From Dehalococcoidia bacterium (lineage in GTDB: Bacteria > Chloroflexota > Dehalococcoidia > Plut-88900): a stretch of 64,000 bases of DNA. The notes below the pieces were generated by a model. It saw only the letters and a list, made by a program, of their open reading frames with translations. It did no database searches and was not told where the DNA came from. Position numbers and translations under genes: made by a program. Positions within the stretch are counted from its first letter, which is position 1. Each line of letters opens with the position of its first letter. The DNA is taken from the NCBI GenBank assembly GCA_965197585.1, contig OZ240215.1:608001-672000 (forward strand), written 5' to 3'. This document shows, piece after piece, positions 8,520 to 18,737 of this stretch.

Positions 8520-9679
8520 TTGATACTGCATTTCCCGGAGTCGTTGAATCCAGCCTTGACCGGCTTCTTTCGGCCGTCGAGCCGGAAACGGCGCGTATCC
8601 TGGACAGGGCCTTGAACGGCGTAGATATCGAGGTGGAAGAGGCCATAAAGCTCTTCGACGCAAAGGACCTGGAGCTTCACGCTCTCTGCGCCGCCGCCAA
8701 CGAGCTCCGAAAACGCACCGTCGGCGACATGGTCACCTTCGTTACGGTGCGCAACATCAACTTCACCAATATCTGCTATACGGGCTGCAAGTTCTGCGCC
8801 TTCGCCAAGCACTTCGGTGACGAAGAGGCTGAGACCCTGTCTATCGAGCAGGTCGCCGACCGGGCCGAAGAGGCCTGGGAGGCAGGAGCTACGGAAATCT
8901 GCATGCAAGGCGGCCTCCACCCTAAGATGACCGGCTACGAGTACCGGGACATGCTGATTGCCATCAAGGAGCGGGTCCCGGGCATCCACGTCCACGCCTT
9001 CTCGCCCTTCGAGGTGCAGTACGGCAGCAAGAAGACGGGCCTGAGCATCCGAGATTTCCTGCTCATGGTCAAAGAAGTAGGCCTGGGTTCCATTCCTGGC
9101 ACCGCCGCCGAGATCCTCGACACCGAGATAAGGCAGCGCCTGACCAAGAACAAGCTCAGCGCCGAGAATTGGGTGGAGATTATAAAGACCGCCCACGAAG
9201 TCGGCCTGCCATCCACCTCCACCATCATGTACGGCCACATCGACGCGCCGGTTCACTGGGCCAACCACATCGCCCTCATCCGGGACATCCAGAAGGAGAC
9301 CGGCGGAATCACCGAGTTCGTGCCCCTGGGGTTCGTTCACTGGGACTCGCCCCTTTACCTGCAGGGCGGGGTGAGACCCGGGCCCACAGGCATGGAAGAC
9401 CTGAGGATGCACGCCGTGTCCCGAATCATGCTCAACAACTGGATCAAGAACATCCAGGTATCGTGGGTCAAGCTTGGACAGAAGTTCGCCCAGGTCTGCC
9501 TCAACGCCGGGGCCAATGACTTCGGCGGCACGCTTATGAATGAGAAGATATCCAGGTCGGCGGGCGCGCCTTACGGCCAGTACATGTCGCCGGAGGATTT
9601 CCAGAGCCTGATTAAGGACATTGGCCGTATCCCCGCCCAGCGCACCACGTCCTACGACATCATCAGGGTATTCGATTAG
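8513..9679 (+). CDS. cofH: FO synthase subunit CofH (radical SAM)
   Basis: RNINFTNICYTGCKFCAF, SIPGTAAEIL, NIQVSWVKLG, GANDFGGTLM; overlaps the cofG stop. Confidence 0.95.
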   Translation: MVIDTAFPGVVESSLDRLLSAVEPETARILDRALNGVDIEVEEAIKLFDAKDLELHALCAAANELRKRTVGDMVTFVTVRNINFTNICYTGCKFCAFAKHFGDEEAETLSIEQVADRAEEAWEAGATEICMQGGLHPKMTGYEYRDMLIAIKERVPGIHVHAFSPFEVQYGSKKTGLSIRDFLLMVKEVGLGSIPGTAAEILDTEIRQRLTKNKLSAENWVEIIKTAHEVGLPSTSTIMYGHIDAPVHWANHIALIRDIQKETGGITEFVPLGFVHWDSPLYLQGGVRPGPTGMEDLRMHAVSRIMLNNWIKNIQVSWVKLGQKFAQVCLNAGANDFGGTLMNEKISRSAGAPYGQYMSPEDFQSLIKDIGRIPAQRTTSYDIIRVFD

Positions 9680-9703
9680 CCTGTCGGTCCGGAGGTCTCA
9701 GCC

Positions 9704-10216
9704 ATGAGAGTAGAAGCAAAGCTGGCCGAGATGGGCATCACTCTGCCCGATTACTCGAAGGAAGGTTACCCCGGCGCGACCTTCGGCACCATGAAGTCCC
9801 ACCACCGGGTGGGAAACGTTCTGTACCTCAGCGGCCACGTTCCCTGGAAGGACGGCGGGCCAGTCGGTATCGGGACCCTAGGCAAGGACGTCACCATTGA
9901 GCAGGGCTACGAGTCGGCACGGCTCACGGCGATCCACTGCTTTGCGGGCATCAAGTACGCAGTCGGGGACCTGGACAAGATAGTGGCCATCGTGAGGTCG
10001 TTGAACTTCGTCGTGTGTACGCCCGACTTCACGGACGTGAACAGGGTGTCCAGCGGCGCCACCGACCTGTTCGTCGAGGTCCTGGGTGAGGCGCGAGGAC
10101 TCGGGGGCCGGGCCACCATAGGCGTGACCAGCCTTTCCAGCGGCGTCTGCTTCGAAAACTGGCTTACCGTTGAGGTACAGGACGAGTACATCCCCGACGA
10201 GGTAGGGCAGGAATAG
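9704..10216 (+). CDS. RidA/YjgF/YER057c/UK114 family protein
   Basis: GNVLYLSGH, GDLDKI, GATDLFVEVLGE..G.GGRATIGV..L. Confidence 0.85.
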   Translation: MRVEAKLAEMGITLPDYSKEGYPGATFGTMKSHHRVGNVLYLSGHVPWKDGGPVGIGTLGKDVTIEQGYESARLTAIHCFAGIKYAVGDLDKIVAIVRSLNFVVCTPDFTDVNRVSSGATDLFVEVLGEARGLGGRATIGVTSLSSGVCFENWLTVEVQDEYIPDEVGQE

Positions 10217-10341
10217 GGGCTAAGGGCACCGGTCCTTCCTAGACACACTTGTGAGCGCACACGGCGTGTTCACTATGCTCTTTAGTTGCGGAATCGGGTG
10301 GGTTTACGGTGGTGATAGAATCTTGACTATCCTTTCCCGGT

Positions 10342-11565
10342 TTGGACGGAAGCACTGAATTGCACGATCAGGCGCTTCAAGACCTACGAGTCCTGGACAT
10401 CAGCCGGCGTATTCCCGGACACGTCTGCACGAAATTCATGGCGGACTTCGGGGCGGACGTCATACTGGTCGAACCGCCCTTCGGGGACCCGGGCCGAGCC
10501 TCTACTCCCTTCATTGACGACCTGCCGGGCGTAGAGAAGAGCGGCTTCTTCCGCTACCTCAACAACAACAAGCGGGGCGTCACCCTGGACCCCGAGACCC
10601 GCGCCGGGGCCAAGATATTCATGGAGCTGGTCGAGTGGGCCGACCTCGTTGTCGAGACCTTCTCGCCGTCGACCCTGCAGTCCATGGGCCTCTCCTACGA
10701 GGCCATGAAGGAACGCAACCCTCGCTTGGTCCTCACATCTATATCCAACTTCGGGCAGAACGGCCCCTACAGCGAGTACGAAGCCTCGGAAGCCATGTAC
10801 TACGCAATGTCGGGGCTGATGTACGTGACGGGCCTCCAGTCCAGGGAACCGGTGAAAGTTGGAGCACACATCATCCAGTTTCACGCCGGTATCATGAGCG
10901 CTCTGCATTCGATGATCGCGCTCCGGGGCACGGCGGAGAGAGGCGTGGGTGAACATGTGGACGAGTCGATCCAGGAGGTGCAGGCAGGGAGCATAGATCG
11001 CACCTCCGCGATGCTCCTGGCCTACCAGTACGCAGGTTTCGTCACCCGGCGGGAGACCTTAGAGAGTGGCGGCGGCTCCGTCCACCTCTGTCAGGACGGC
11101 TATCTCAACATGTTCACTGATGCCAATCTGATACCCAAGGGATTGAACATGTTAGGGATGCCCGAGCTAATGGAAGAGCCCCTCTTCGCCACTATGGAGG
11201 CGCGTTCATTGCCTGAAAGCCACGATTTCTTCGATGCGCTGCTCGACCCGTGGCTGAAGGAACGCCACGTGACAGATGCCTTCGCCGCTGCCCAGGAGTC
11301 CCGAATTCTTTCGGGGCCGGTCTACGACTCAGCCCTTCTGACCGCCGACCCAAACTTCCGTGCCCGAGCCTACTGGACTACCGTCGAAAGGGCCCCCGGG
11401 GACATGATTCGGCTTCCCGGCAAGTCGTTCCAGATGTATGGAGGCCCGTGGGCCATGCGCCGCCCTGCCCCAACCCTCGGGCAGCACAACGTGGAGGTTT
11501 ACGGGGGTATCCTCGGATTCTCCAGGGAAGAAGTTTCCAAGTTGAAACAGGCAGGCATAGTGTAG
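10342..11565 (+). CDS. Class III CoA-transferase (CaiB/BaiF), subunit apparently lacking the catalytic Asp
   Basis: LRVLD, DFGADVILVEP, NNNKRGVTLD, ISNFGQNGPY, PAPTLGQHN. Confidence 0.9.
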   Translation: MDGSTELHDQALQDLRVLDISRRIPGHVCTKFMADFGADVILVEPPFGDPGRASTPFIDDLPGVEKSGFFRYLNNNKRGVTLDPETRAGAKIFMELVEWADLVVETFSPSTLQSMGLSYEAMKERNPRLVLTSISNFGQNGPYSEYEASEAMYYAMSGLMYVTGLQSREPVKVGAHIIQFHAGIMSALHSMIALRGTAERGVGEHVDESIQEVQAGSIDRTSAMLLAYQYAGFVTRRETLESGGGSVHLCQDGYLNMFTDANLIPKGLNMLGMPELMEEPLFATMEARSLPESHDFFDALLDPWLKERHVTDAFAAAQESRILSGPVYDSALLTADPNFRARAYWTTVERAPGDMIRLPGKSFQMYGGPWAMRRPAPTLGQHNVEVYGGILGFSREEVSKLKQAGIV

Positions 11566-11587
11566 GGGCCTTTATGCTGATAGTTAA

Positions 11588-12895
11588 ATGACGAACTCGA
11601 AGCTGCCGCTGGATGGGATACGAGTCCTGGACATAACGCTTGTCTGGGCCGGCCCCTATGCCACTCAGATGCTTGCAGACTGGGGCGCCGAGGTTATCCG
11701 CCTGGAGCCTATCGACCACTTCCAACCGATGGCGCGCGGCCAACGAGCCCGCGTATCCAATGCGGAAGTGAATGCGGACACGGACTGGCATACTGCCTAT
11801 CCTGAATGGGACCCGGGGCCCATGCCCTGGAACAGGACACCCTCGTTCAACGTTCATGCCCGCAACAAGAAGAGCATGACGGTTAACCTGGGCGCTCCCG
11901 GAGGCCAGGAGGTCTTCCAGAGACTTTTCCACGTCGCCGACGTGCTGATAGAGAACAACGTACCGACCACTGCTGATAAACTCGGCATCTCATATGAAAG
12001 GGCCAGGGAGATCAACCCCGGATTCATCATGGTGCGAATGCCGGGGTTTGGTCTGCAGGGACCCTACAGGACATATCGAACTCTCGGCAGTCACATTGAT
12101 GGTGTCTCGGGGCACGCCAGCCTGCGGGGCTACCCCGATCTTAGCCTCGATTTTCAGACCGACATCTTCTACAGCGACGCAGCAGGTGGTATTAACTGCG
12201 CCTTAGCCGTGATGATGGCCCTCAGGAATCGGCAGCGCACCGGCAAGGGCCAGATGATCGAGCTGGCACAGGTGGAAAACTTCACGTCCTACATCAGCGA
12301 GGTAAACATAGACCGGCTCGCCAATGGACGGGTCCACCGTACCTTGGGGAATCGGCATCGAAGTATGGTCCCCCATGGCTGCTATCCGTGCTCAGGGGAT
12401 GACGAGTGGGTCGTGATAGCGGTTGAGAAGGAAGAGCAATGGGATGCGCTATGTGAGGTAATGGGCAGCCCGTCATGGACCGCCGACAGGAAGTTCGCCA
12501 GCTACCTGAGCCGGTATGAGCATCAGGATGAACTGGACACTCTGATCTCGGAGTGGACCCGAGAGCGAAACAAGGGAGATTTAATGTCGTTGCTCCAGGA
12601 GGCGGGAGTGCCTGCGGGGCAGGTGTCGAATCACCGGGAAGTGTTTGACGACCCCCAGCTCCGGGGTCGGGGGTTCTTTCAGCGTATCTCGATGCCCGGC
12701 ACGGGGGAGCACGAATACCCCTCCATAATAGGCCGACTCTCGGAGACTCCCAATGCTATCCGTATTCCTCCGCCGAGGCTCGGGGAGCACAACGAATACG
12801 TTTACAAAGACCTTTTAGGCTATACCGACTCCGAATACGATACACTGGTGGAGATGGGCCACATAGGCAACGAGTACCATCCCCACGTGGAATGA
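11588..12895 (+). CDS. Class III CoA-transferase (CaiB/BaiF), catalytic-type subunit
   Basis: WAGPYATQMLADWGAEVI, RNKKS, YSDAAGG (Asp present), PHGCYPC, PPRLGEHN. Confidence 0.92.
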   Translation: MTNSKLPLDGIRVLDITLVWAGPYATQMLADWGAEVIRLEPIDHFQPMARGQRARVSNAEVNADTDWHTAYPEWDPGPMPWNRTPSFNVHARNKKSMTVNLGAPGGQEVFQRLFHVADVLIENNVPTTADKLGISYERAREINPGFIMVRMPGFGLQGPYRTYRTLGSHIDGVSGHASLRGYPDLSLDFQTDIFYSDAAGGINCALAVMMALRNRQRTGKGQMIELAQVENFTSYISEVNIDRLANGRVHRTLGNRHRSMVPHGCYPCSGDDEWVVIAVEKEEQWDALCEVMGSPSWTADRKFASYLSRYEHQDELDTLISEWTRERNKGDLMSLLQEAGVPAGQVSNHREVFDDPQLRGRGFFQRISMPGTGEHEYPSIIGRLSETPNAIRIPPPRLGEHNEYVYKDLLGYTDSEYDTLVEMGHIGNEYHPHVE

Positions 12896-13060
12896 TTTGA
12901 CGGAACTCATCGTGGTAAGCGCTTGGCAAAGCCGTCAATTGCCGGCGTCTTGGCCTAGAGCGCCGTATTCTTTACTTACTCCCCCGACAACGTATACTAT
13001 CTTCGGCGAAAGTCGGGCGGCGGAACCATTGGCAGCCCGATCCCTTTTGGAGGTGCAACA

Positions 13061-13300
13061 GTGGCCGATATTGAAGACATAGCCCCGACCGATTACCTGA
13101 CCGAAGAACAGGTCAAGAAGGGCTACTGGGTACAGGAGACCTTTGGAAACCTGCAGGTCTGGCATCGTAAAAACCAGATAGCGCTCCTGACTATTACTCC
13201 GGACATAGAGTCCAAAGTGCAGGACATAGTCAAGGGCCGCATCCAGGAGCTGCAGGAGGTCTTCGAAAAGACGGGCTGGAAGCCCGAAGAGGACGAATAG
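13061..13300 (+). CDS. Hypothetical protein (79 aa)
   Basis: GGAGG before GTG; protein-like composition. Confidence 0.7.
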   Translation: MADIEDIAPTDYLTEEQVKKGYWVQETFGNLQVWHRKNQIALLTITPDIESKVQDIVKGRIQELQEVFEKTGWKPEEDE

Positions 13301-13333
13301 CAGCACCCTTTCACCGGTTCCAGGAGACCTTTC

Positions 13334-13540
13334 ATGGCTATATACGAATACTACTGTGCCGATTGCGGCAAGGAATTCGAGCTGATGAGGCCCATCAGCA
13401 GGGCGGACGAATTGGCTCCGTGTCCAACCTGTGGCGCCGGCGGGCAGAAACTCATGTCAGCGACGGCCTCCAAGGTGGACTACTACATAAGGATTCCCTC
13501 CAAGCCCGCGTTCCGGCAGCACCCGCCAGCCAAAAAGTAA
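13334..13540 (+). CDS. FmdB-family zinc-ribbon protein
   Basis: MAIYEYYCADCG..FE...CPTCG....KLMS; AGGAG RBS. Confidence 0.9.
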   Translation: MAIYEYYCADCGKEFELMRPISRADELAPCPTCGAGGQKLMSATASKVDYYIRIPSKPAFRQHPPAKK

Positions 13541-13621
13541 AGTGTGGGGTCGTGTCCCGCACCATTTGTTCTGTATTGGAAGACTAGGTTAACAGTCAAA
13601 TAATTCGCTAAGGCGTTTCAC

Positions 13622-13780
13622 ATGAATATAACGAGAAAAAAAGTCTATTGCAGGAAGTGTAAGAAGTTGGTCAGCGCACGTCACCAAGTCGAGGGTGAAG
13701 TGACGACCGTCTTCTGCAACGCGTGCAATACGGCCTCGTACACCTGGGACAAGGTGAGCTGGAAATACACCGGAGGCTAA
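13622..13780 (+). CDS. Small Cys4 zinc-ribbon protein (52 aa), not in ORF track
   Basis: [52 protein letters not shown]; two CxxC; ends 4 nt before dnaJ and contains its GGAGG. Confidence 0.7.
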   Translation: MNITRKKVYCRKCKKLVSARHQVEGEVTTVFCNACNTASYTWDKVSWKYTGG

Positions 13781-13784
13781 CCCG

Positions 13785-14900
13785 ATGGCCAAGCGGGACT
13801 ACTATGAGGTCCTGGGGGTCGATCGGAATGCTGATGCGAAGGCCGTAAAAAAGGCCTATCGCAACCTCGCCATGAAGTATCACCCGGACCGGAATCCGGG
13901 GGACGCTTCTGCGGCAGAGACCATGAAGGACGTCAACGAAGCCTACGCCGTCCTCAACGACCCCAAGAAGCGCGAGCTCTACAACACATACGGGCACGCC
14001 GGACTCGATGGGTTCAGCCAGGAAGACATCTTCCGTGGGGTCGACTTCTCCAACTTGTTCAGCGAGTTTGGTCTGGGTGACCTGTTCGGGTTCGGTGGAG
14101 ACTCCTTCGGGGGCATGTTCGGTGGACGGACGAGGACCCGCCAACGTACCCGCAAGGGCGCTGACATCCGTTATGACCTTGAACTAACCCTGGAGGACGT
14201 AGCAAGCGGCTTCAAGAAGACCATTACCCTGGACCGGGCCTCGACCTGTGCCGGGTGCCGGGGCTCGGGAGCGGAGGCCGGTGGAGAGGGAGAGTGCGAA
14301 TCGTGCCGGGGGTCGGGACGCACCGTCCGGGAGGAGCGCTCGGGGTTCGGGGTGGTTCGCCAGATATTGACCTGTGGGACGTGCCGGGGCAACGGAAGGG
14401 TCATCACCGAGCCGTGTGCAACCTGCGAAGGCCGGGGCAAGACGGTCGAGACGGTGGACCTGGAGGTGGATGTACCTGCTGGTGTGGAGGATGGGCATGC
14501 GCTCCGGGTGACGGGTGAGGGTGAAGCAGGCCCCGACCTGCCCGGTGACCTCTTCGTCGTGCTCAACGTCGTGCCTGATCCCAGCTTCGAACGCCGCGGA
14601 CAGGACCTCTACGTCAGACAAGAGATAGACATTGTGACAGCGGCCCTCGGAGGCGATGTTGACGTACCCACCCTTGAAGGACCCCTGACCGTAACCCTTC
14701 CGCAGAGCACCCAGCACGGGACTACGTTTCGGCTATCGGGGCACGGGCTGCCCCATCTCAGGGGCTCGGGCAACGGTGACGAGTATGTCGTCATCAGGGT
14801 GGGAGTGCCCACCGACCTTAGCGATGAAGAGAGGCGCTTGCTGGAAGAGTACCGGCAGCTAAGAAGGAGATCTGCACAAGATGTCGATGAACAAAGTTGA
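13785..14900 (+). CDS. dnaJ: Molecular chaperone DnaJ (class A)
   Basis: J domain with HPD, G/F region, four CxxCxGxG repeats, C-terminal domain. Confidence 0.95.
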   Translation: MAKRDYYEVLGVDRNADAKAVKKAYRNLAMKYHPDRNPGDASAAETMKDVNEAYAVLNDPKKRELYNTYGHAGLDGFSQEDIFRGVDFSNLFSEFGLGDLFGFGGDSFGGMFGGRTRTRQRTRKGADIRYDLELTLEDVASGFKKTITLDRASTCAGCRGSGAEAGGEGECESCRGSGRTVREERSGFGVVRQILTCGTCRGNGRVITEPCATCEGRGKTVETVDLEVDVPAGVEDGHALRVTGEGEAGPDLPGDLFVVLNVVPDPSFERRGQDLYVRQEIDIVTAALGGDVDVPTLEGPLTVTLPQSTQHGTTFRLSGHGLPHLRGSGNGDEYVVIRVGVPTDLSDEERRLLEEYRQLRRRSAQDVDEQS

Positions 14901-15153
14901 ACAGGTAGAGCCTTACAGCGCCAACGTTACCAAGTCGATACTGAAGAAATGGAACGGGGTGGTGCGGGTCTGGAGCGAGCCCATGAGCGCGGTGGAGGGC
15001 TCCCAGGTCCTTGATGAGATCACTGCCCCGACTCAAGTCACCGTCTTCGAAGAGCAGAAGGATGTATATGGCTCCCTGTCCCAGCGGGCCCACGTCCGCT
15101 ACGGTGAAGAAAAGGAAGGCTGGGTGCTCTGGGACGCGATCTCGGCGGTGTGA
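14881..15153 (+). CDS. Hypothetical protein, possible SH3b-like fold
   Basis: VRVWSEP...QVTVFEE...HVRY...EGWV pattern; overlaps the dnaJ end. Confidence 0.6.
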   Translation: MSMNKVEQVEPYSANVTKSILKKWNGVVRVWSEPMSAVEGSQVLDEITAPTQVTVFEEQKDVYGSLSQRAHVRYGEEKEGWVLWDAISAV

Positions 15154-15160
15154 TTTGGCT

Positions 15161-16093
15161 CTAGCGGAACCGGGAAATAACCCCTTCGACCAGTAAATTC
15201 AACTGCTCCGGCACCTCATCTGCAGGCGTCATGGCGTTGAACACTATGTGGTCTACACCTGCATCCACGAATCTCTCCACCGTCCTTGTGCAATCGTCCA
15301 CAGTCCCGAAGGCATATCTGCCATCGTCGACTAAAGAAACCTCGAACCCGCGCCGCCGGTTTAACTCCGTCTCGCCTGCTACCAGGGCTTCCTCCCGCGT
15401 GCTCCCTATGCGATAGAAGAGATGTATGGCCCGTGACATTCCTGAAACATCCCTTCCCAGTTCCTCTCCGTATCGCATTATCTTCGACCAGGATACGGCG
15501 AACTCCTCTGCATTGATGCGTACCGGATAAAAACCGTCCGCGTAACGGGCCGCCCGCTTCAGCATTCTTTCGGATACGCCGCCTGCCCAGAGGGGTGGGT
15601 GAGGGCGCTGATACGGTCTCGGTTCCAGGCGGATGTTGGAAAAGCTCTGAAATTTCCCCTGGTGATCGACGGCCTCACCGGTCCAGAGCTTGGTCATGAT
15701 TTCCAGCGCCTCGTCGGTGAGGTTGCCCCTCTCCCGCATGCTCACGCCGCAGGCTTCGAAAGCGTCGGGGTGGGAGTCGGGAGGCCCGCCCACCCCGAAC
15801 CCGACAATGATCCGCCCTTCAGAGTGTATGTCCAGCGTTGCGAACTCCTTGGCCAGCACGACGGGATTTCTCAACGGCAGTAGCACCGCCCCAGCCCCGA
15901 CGGTTATGCTGCTGCTGTGATGCACCAGGGCGCTCATGGTCATCATTATGTCCCCGGCCGGAACCTCGTTCACGAGAGCCTCCGGCACCCACACCGAGTC
16001 AAACTCCATCTCCTCGGCTAGATGCGCAAAGTCGGGGGGAGGGATTACGTTCTCGATACGGCTGTAGTGGAACCCGAACTTCGGTTTTGCCAT
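15161..16093 (-). CDS. Luciferase-like (LLM) flavin/F420-dependent oxidoreductase
   Basis: FDSVWVPE, LPLRNPVVLAKEFATLD..SEGR, PRPYQRPHPPLWAGG, RAARYADG. Confidence 0.92.
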   Translation of the reverse strand: MAKPKFGFHYSRIENVIPPPDFAHLAEEMEFDSVWVPEALVNEVPAGDIMMTMSALVHHSSSITVGAGAVLLPLRNPVVLAKEFATLDIHSEGRIIVGFGVGGPPDSHPDAFEACGVSMRERGNLTDEALEIMTKLWTGEAVDHQGKFQSFSNIRLEPRPYQRPHPPLWAGGVSERMLKRAARYADGFYPVRINAEEFAVSWSKIMRYGEELGRDVSGMSRAIHLFYRIGSTREEALVAGETELNRRRGFEVSLVDDGRYAFGTVDDCTRTVERFVDAGVDHIVFNAMTPADEVPEQLNLLVEGVISRFR

Positions 16094-16170
16094 ATGTAGT
16101 CTCCAGGGGGCAGATGTGCAGTTACATTATTGCCCAAAGACATCCGCCCCGCTATATTAGCGCAACTATC

Positions 16171-17406
16171 ATGTTAGAACGTCCTAAAACCGCCCCTCCT
16201 CCACAAGCCCTTACCGGGACACGGGTTCTGGACCTGACCCACTACGCCGCCGGCCCGTTCTGCACCAAGCTCCTTGCTGACTACGGCGCGGACGTAATCA
16301 AGGTTGAAAGGCCGGGTCACGGTGATCCGGGGCGAAGGCTCGGCCCGTTCCACAATGACCTCCCCGCATCTGAATCCAGCGCACTATTCCAGTTCCTGAA
16401 CCAGAACAAGCTCGGTGTGACGCTTGACCTGAAGCGGTCTGCAGGCGTGAAACTCTTTGAGGGGCTGGCCCGGTGGGCTGATGTGATTGTTGAGAGCTTC
16501 AGGCCGGGTGTAATGAAAGGCTTCGGGCTGGGCTACTCTCGACTAAAGCAGATCAACCCCAACGTGGTCCTCACTTCCATCTCCAATTTCGGGCAGAACG
16601 GGCCTTACAAAAATCACAAGGCCACGGAGATAGTTGAATATGCGACCGGAGGCCCCATGCTTTTTACCGGCGCCGCCCGCCGAGAGCCGGTGAAGCACGG
16701 GGGACGGGTGGGGATGTATTTCGCCGGCCAAGTCGCGGCCATCGCCACGCTTTCGGCGTTGTACCGGCAGATGGGCAGCGAGGCCTCGGGGGACCACCTG
16801 GACATATCGATTATGGAGACCCAGGCCGGGACTATCGACAGGCAGTCGGCGCTTTTGCTCAGTCACGTATACACCGGCCGACGGTACTCCCGGTACGCCG
16901 GCGAAAATAAGGGGTTCTCCCAAGTCTATCCCGGCAAAGATGGGTATATGGACGTGCAGTCTGCAGGAAGGTTCCCAAGGCTCCTTGAGCTTCTTAACGC
17001 ACCGGACTTCTTCGAAAAGAATGGTGTCGACGTGGCAACGGCTCTCGCAACGCCACGCGTGATACGAAAGCTGGATGGTATGGTGGCGGAGTGGGTGGCG
17101 GGCCGCACCCAGGGTGAGAGCTGGGCACAGAGTCAGGCCCAAAGGACACTGTCGGCCCCACTCTACGATCCGGCAGGCGTGGCCTCCGACCCGGGGTTCC
17201 AGGTGAGAGGTGTATGGGCTGGTGTCGAGAATCCCCGCTATGGACGTCGAGTATTCCCAGCTCGTCACATGATCATGCATCGTACCCCCTGGCAGATTGG
17301 TAGACCCGCCCCGGCCATCGGCCAGCACAACCGTAATGTCTACTGCGGGATTCTTGGTTTGAGCCGCCGGGAGCTGTCGATGCTGCGACAGGAGGGGGTT
17401 GTCTAA
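16171..17406 (+). CDS. Class III CoA-transferase, subunit apparently lacking the catalytic Asp; start ATG 16171
   Basis: RVLDLTHYAAGPFCTKLLADYGADVIKVE, NQNKLGVTLDL, ISNFGQNGPY, PAPAIGQHN. Confidence 0.9.
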   Translation: MLERPKTAPPPQALTGTRVLDLTHYAAGPFCTKLLADYGADVIKVERPGHGDPGRRLGPFHNDLPASESSALFQFLNQNKLGVTLDLKRSAGVKLFEGLARWADVIVESFRPGVMKGFGLGYSRLKQINPNVVLTSISNFGQNGPYKNHKATEIVEYATGGPMLFTGAARREPVKHGGRVGMYFAGQVAAIATLSALYRQMGSEASGDHLDISIMETQAGTIDRQSALLLSHVYTGRRYSRYAGENKGFSQVYPGKDGYMDVQSAGRFPRLLELLNAPDFFEKNGVDVATALATPRVIRKLDGMVAEWVAGRTQGESWAQSQAQRTLSAPLYDPAGVASDPGFQVRGVWAGVENPRYGRRVFPARHMIMHRTPWQIGRPAPAIGQHNRNVYCGILGLSRRELSMLRQEGVV

Positions 17407-18704
17407 TGTCTGTGCGTTTGCCTTTGGAAGGTGTGCGGATCATCGATATGACCCTCGCCTGGGTCGGGCCTTTTGGAACGCAGCTCCTGGCCGACTGGGG
17501 CGCCGAGGTCATTCGCGTCGAGCCGATCTCCATATTCCAGTACGGGACGCGAGCTACCGGCATCCTACCGATGGATCGCGGACTATACGACTGGGCAAGC
17601 AGCTACCCCGACGAAATCCCCGGCGAACGCCACTGGAACCGAAACGCGGTTTTCCAGATTCACGGCCGCAACAAGCTCAGCATGACCTCGAATATACCCG
17701 CCCCCGACATCATGGACACCCATCTCCAACTTGCATCCATTTCGGATGTGGTGATCGAGAACAACGTCCCCCAGACCTACGACAAGATTGGCGCCAGCTA
17801 TGATCAGCTGCGTCAAGCCAGACCGGACATCATAATGGTCCGCGTTCCGGCCTACGGGCTCACCGGCCCCTATGCCAGGTACAGAGCGTTGGGTCCGCAG
17901 ATGGAGTCGGCGGCCGGGCATACCTGGATACGCGGATACAGGGACGGGCCCTTCACGGACGCCGGCACGTCATTTTTGGGTGATGCTGTTGGTGGGGTAA
18001 CCGGGGCTTTTGCCGTCCTCATGGCCCTGTGTCATCGCAAGAGGACTGGACAGGGGCAGCTGGTGGAGGTGGCAACTACGGAGGCAATACTTAGCTATGT
18101 TCCGGAGTCTACTCTCGACTGGCGGGTGAATGGGCGGATCCAAAGCGCAATGGGGAACACTCACCCCTCCCGTGCCCCCCAAGGGTGCTACAGGTGCCGC
18201 GGCGAAGACAACTGGATCGTGCTATCGGTGGGAAGTGACGATGAGTGGGTGGCACTTAAGAGGACTATGGGCAACCCCGACTGGGCCCGGGACGCGAGGT
18301 TTGATACGGTCCTTGGCCGTTACCGCTGCCAAGAGGAGATTGACGACCACCTTGAAGAATGGACGGCTGACAAGGACCACGTCGAGTTGATGGGGTTGCT
18401 TCAGGCCGAGGGTGTGCCCGCGGGTGCGGTGCATGACCAGCAGGAGCTTTACGAAGACCCTCAAATGGTGGCTCGGGGCTATTTCGAGCAGCTGGAGCAG
18501 CCGTCGACCGGAAGACATGCCTATACTGGCATGATGTGGAAAATGACGGAGACACCCAACGGAATCAGGCTCCCCGCACCCATGCTCGGTGAGCACAACG
18601 AGTACGTTTTCAAGGAGCTGTTGGGGGTGACGGAGGCGGAATACAAGAGCCTTGAAGAGAAGGGTCACGTGGGCATGGACTATCCGGCCCACCTGTATGA
18701 TTGA
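17406..18704 (+). CDS. Class III CoA-transferase, catalytic-type subunit
   Basis: WVGPFGTQLLADWGAEVI, RNKLS, FLGDAVGG, PQGCYRC, APMLGEHN; TAATG coupling. Confidence 0.92.
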   Translation: MSVRLPLEGVRIIDMTLAWVGPFGTQLLADWGAEVIRVEPISIFQYGTRATGILPMDRGLYDWASSYPDEIPGERHWNRNAVFQIHGRNKLSMTSNIPAPDIMDTHLQLASISDVVIENNVPQTYDKIGASYDQLRQARPDIIMVRVPAYGLTGPYARYRALGPQMESAAGHTWIRGYRDGPFTDAGTSFLGDAVGGVTGAFAVLMALCHRKRTGQGQLVEVATTEAILSYVPESTLDWRVNGRIQSAMGNTHPSRAPQGCYRCRGEDNWIVLSVGSDDEWVALKRTMGNPDWARDARFDTVLGRYRCQEEIDDHLEEWTADKDHVELMGLLQAEGVPAGAVHDQQELYEDPQMVARGYFEQLEQPSTGRHAYTGMMWKMTETPNGIRLPAPMLGEHNEYVFKELLGVTEAEYKSLEEKGHVGMDYPAHLYD

Positions 18705-18737
18705 GTCCTGCAAGGGTTACAGGGGAGGAGGTCCAGA

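Noticed and set aside
15838-16170. 111-aa N-terminal extension of the CoA-transferase in the ORF track
   Set aside because: Overlaps the divergent LLM gene; family similarity begins after ATG 16171.
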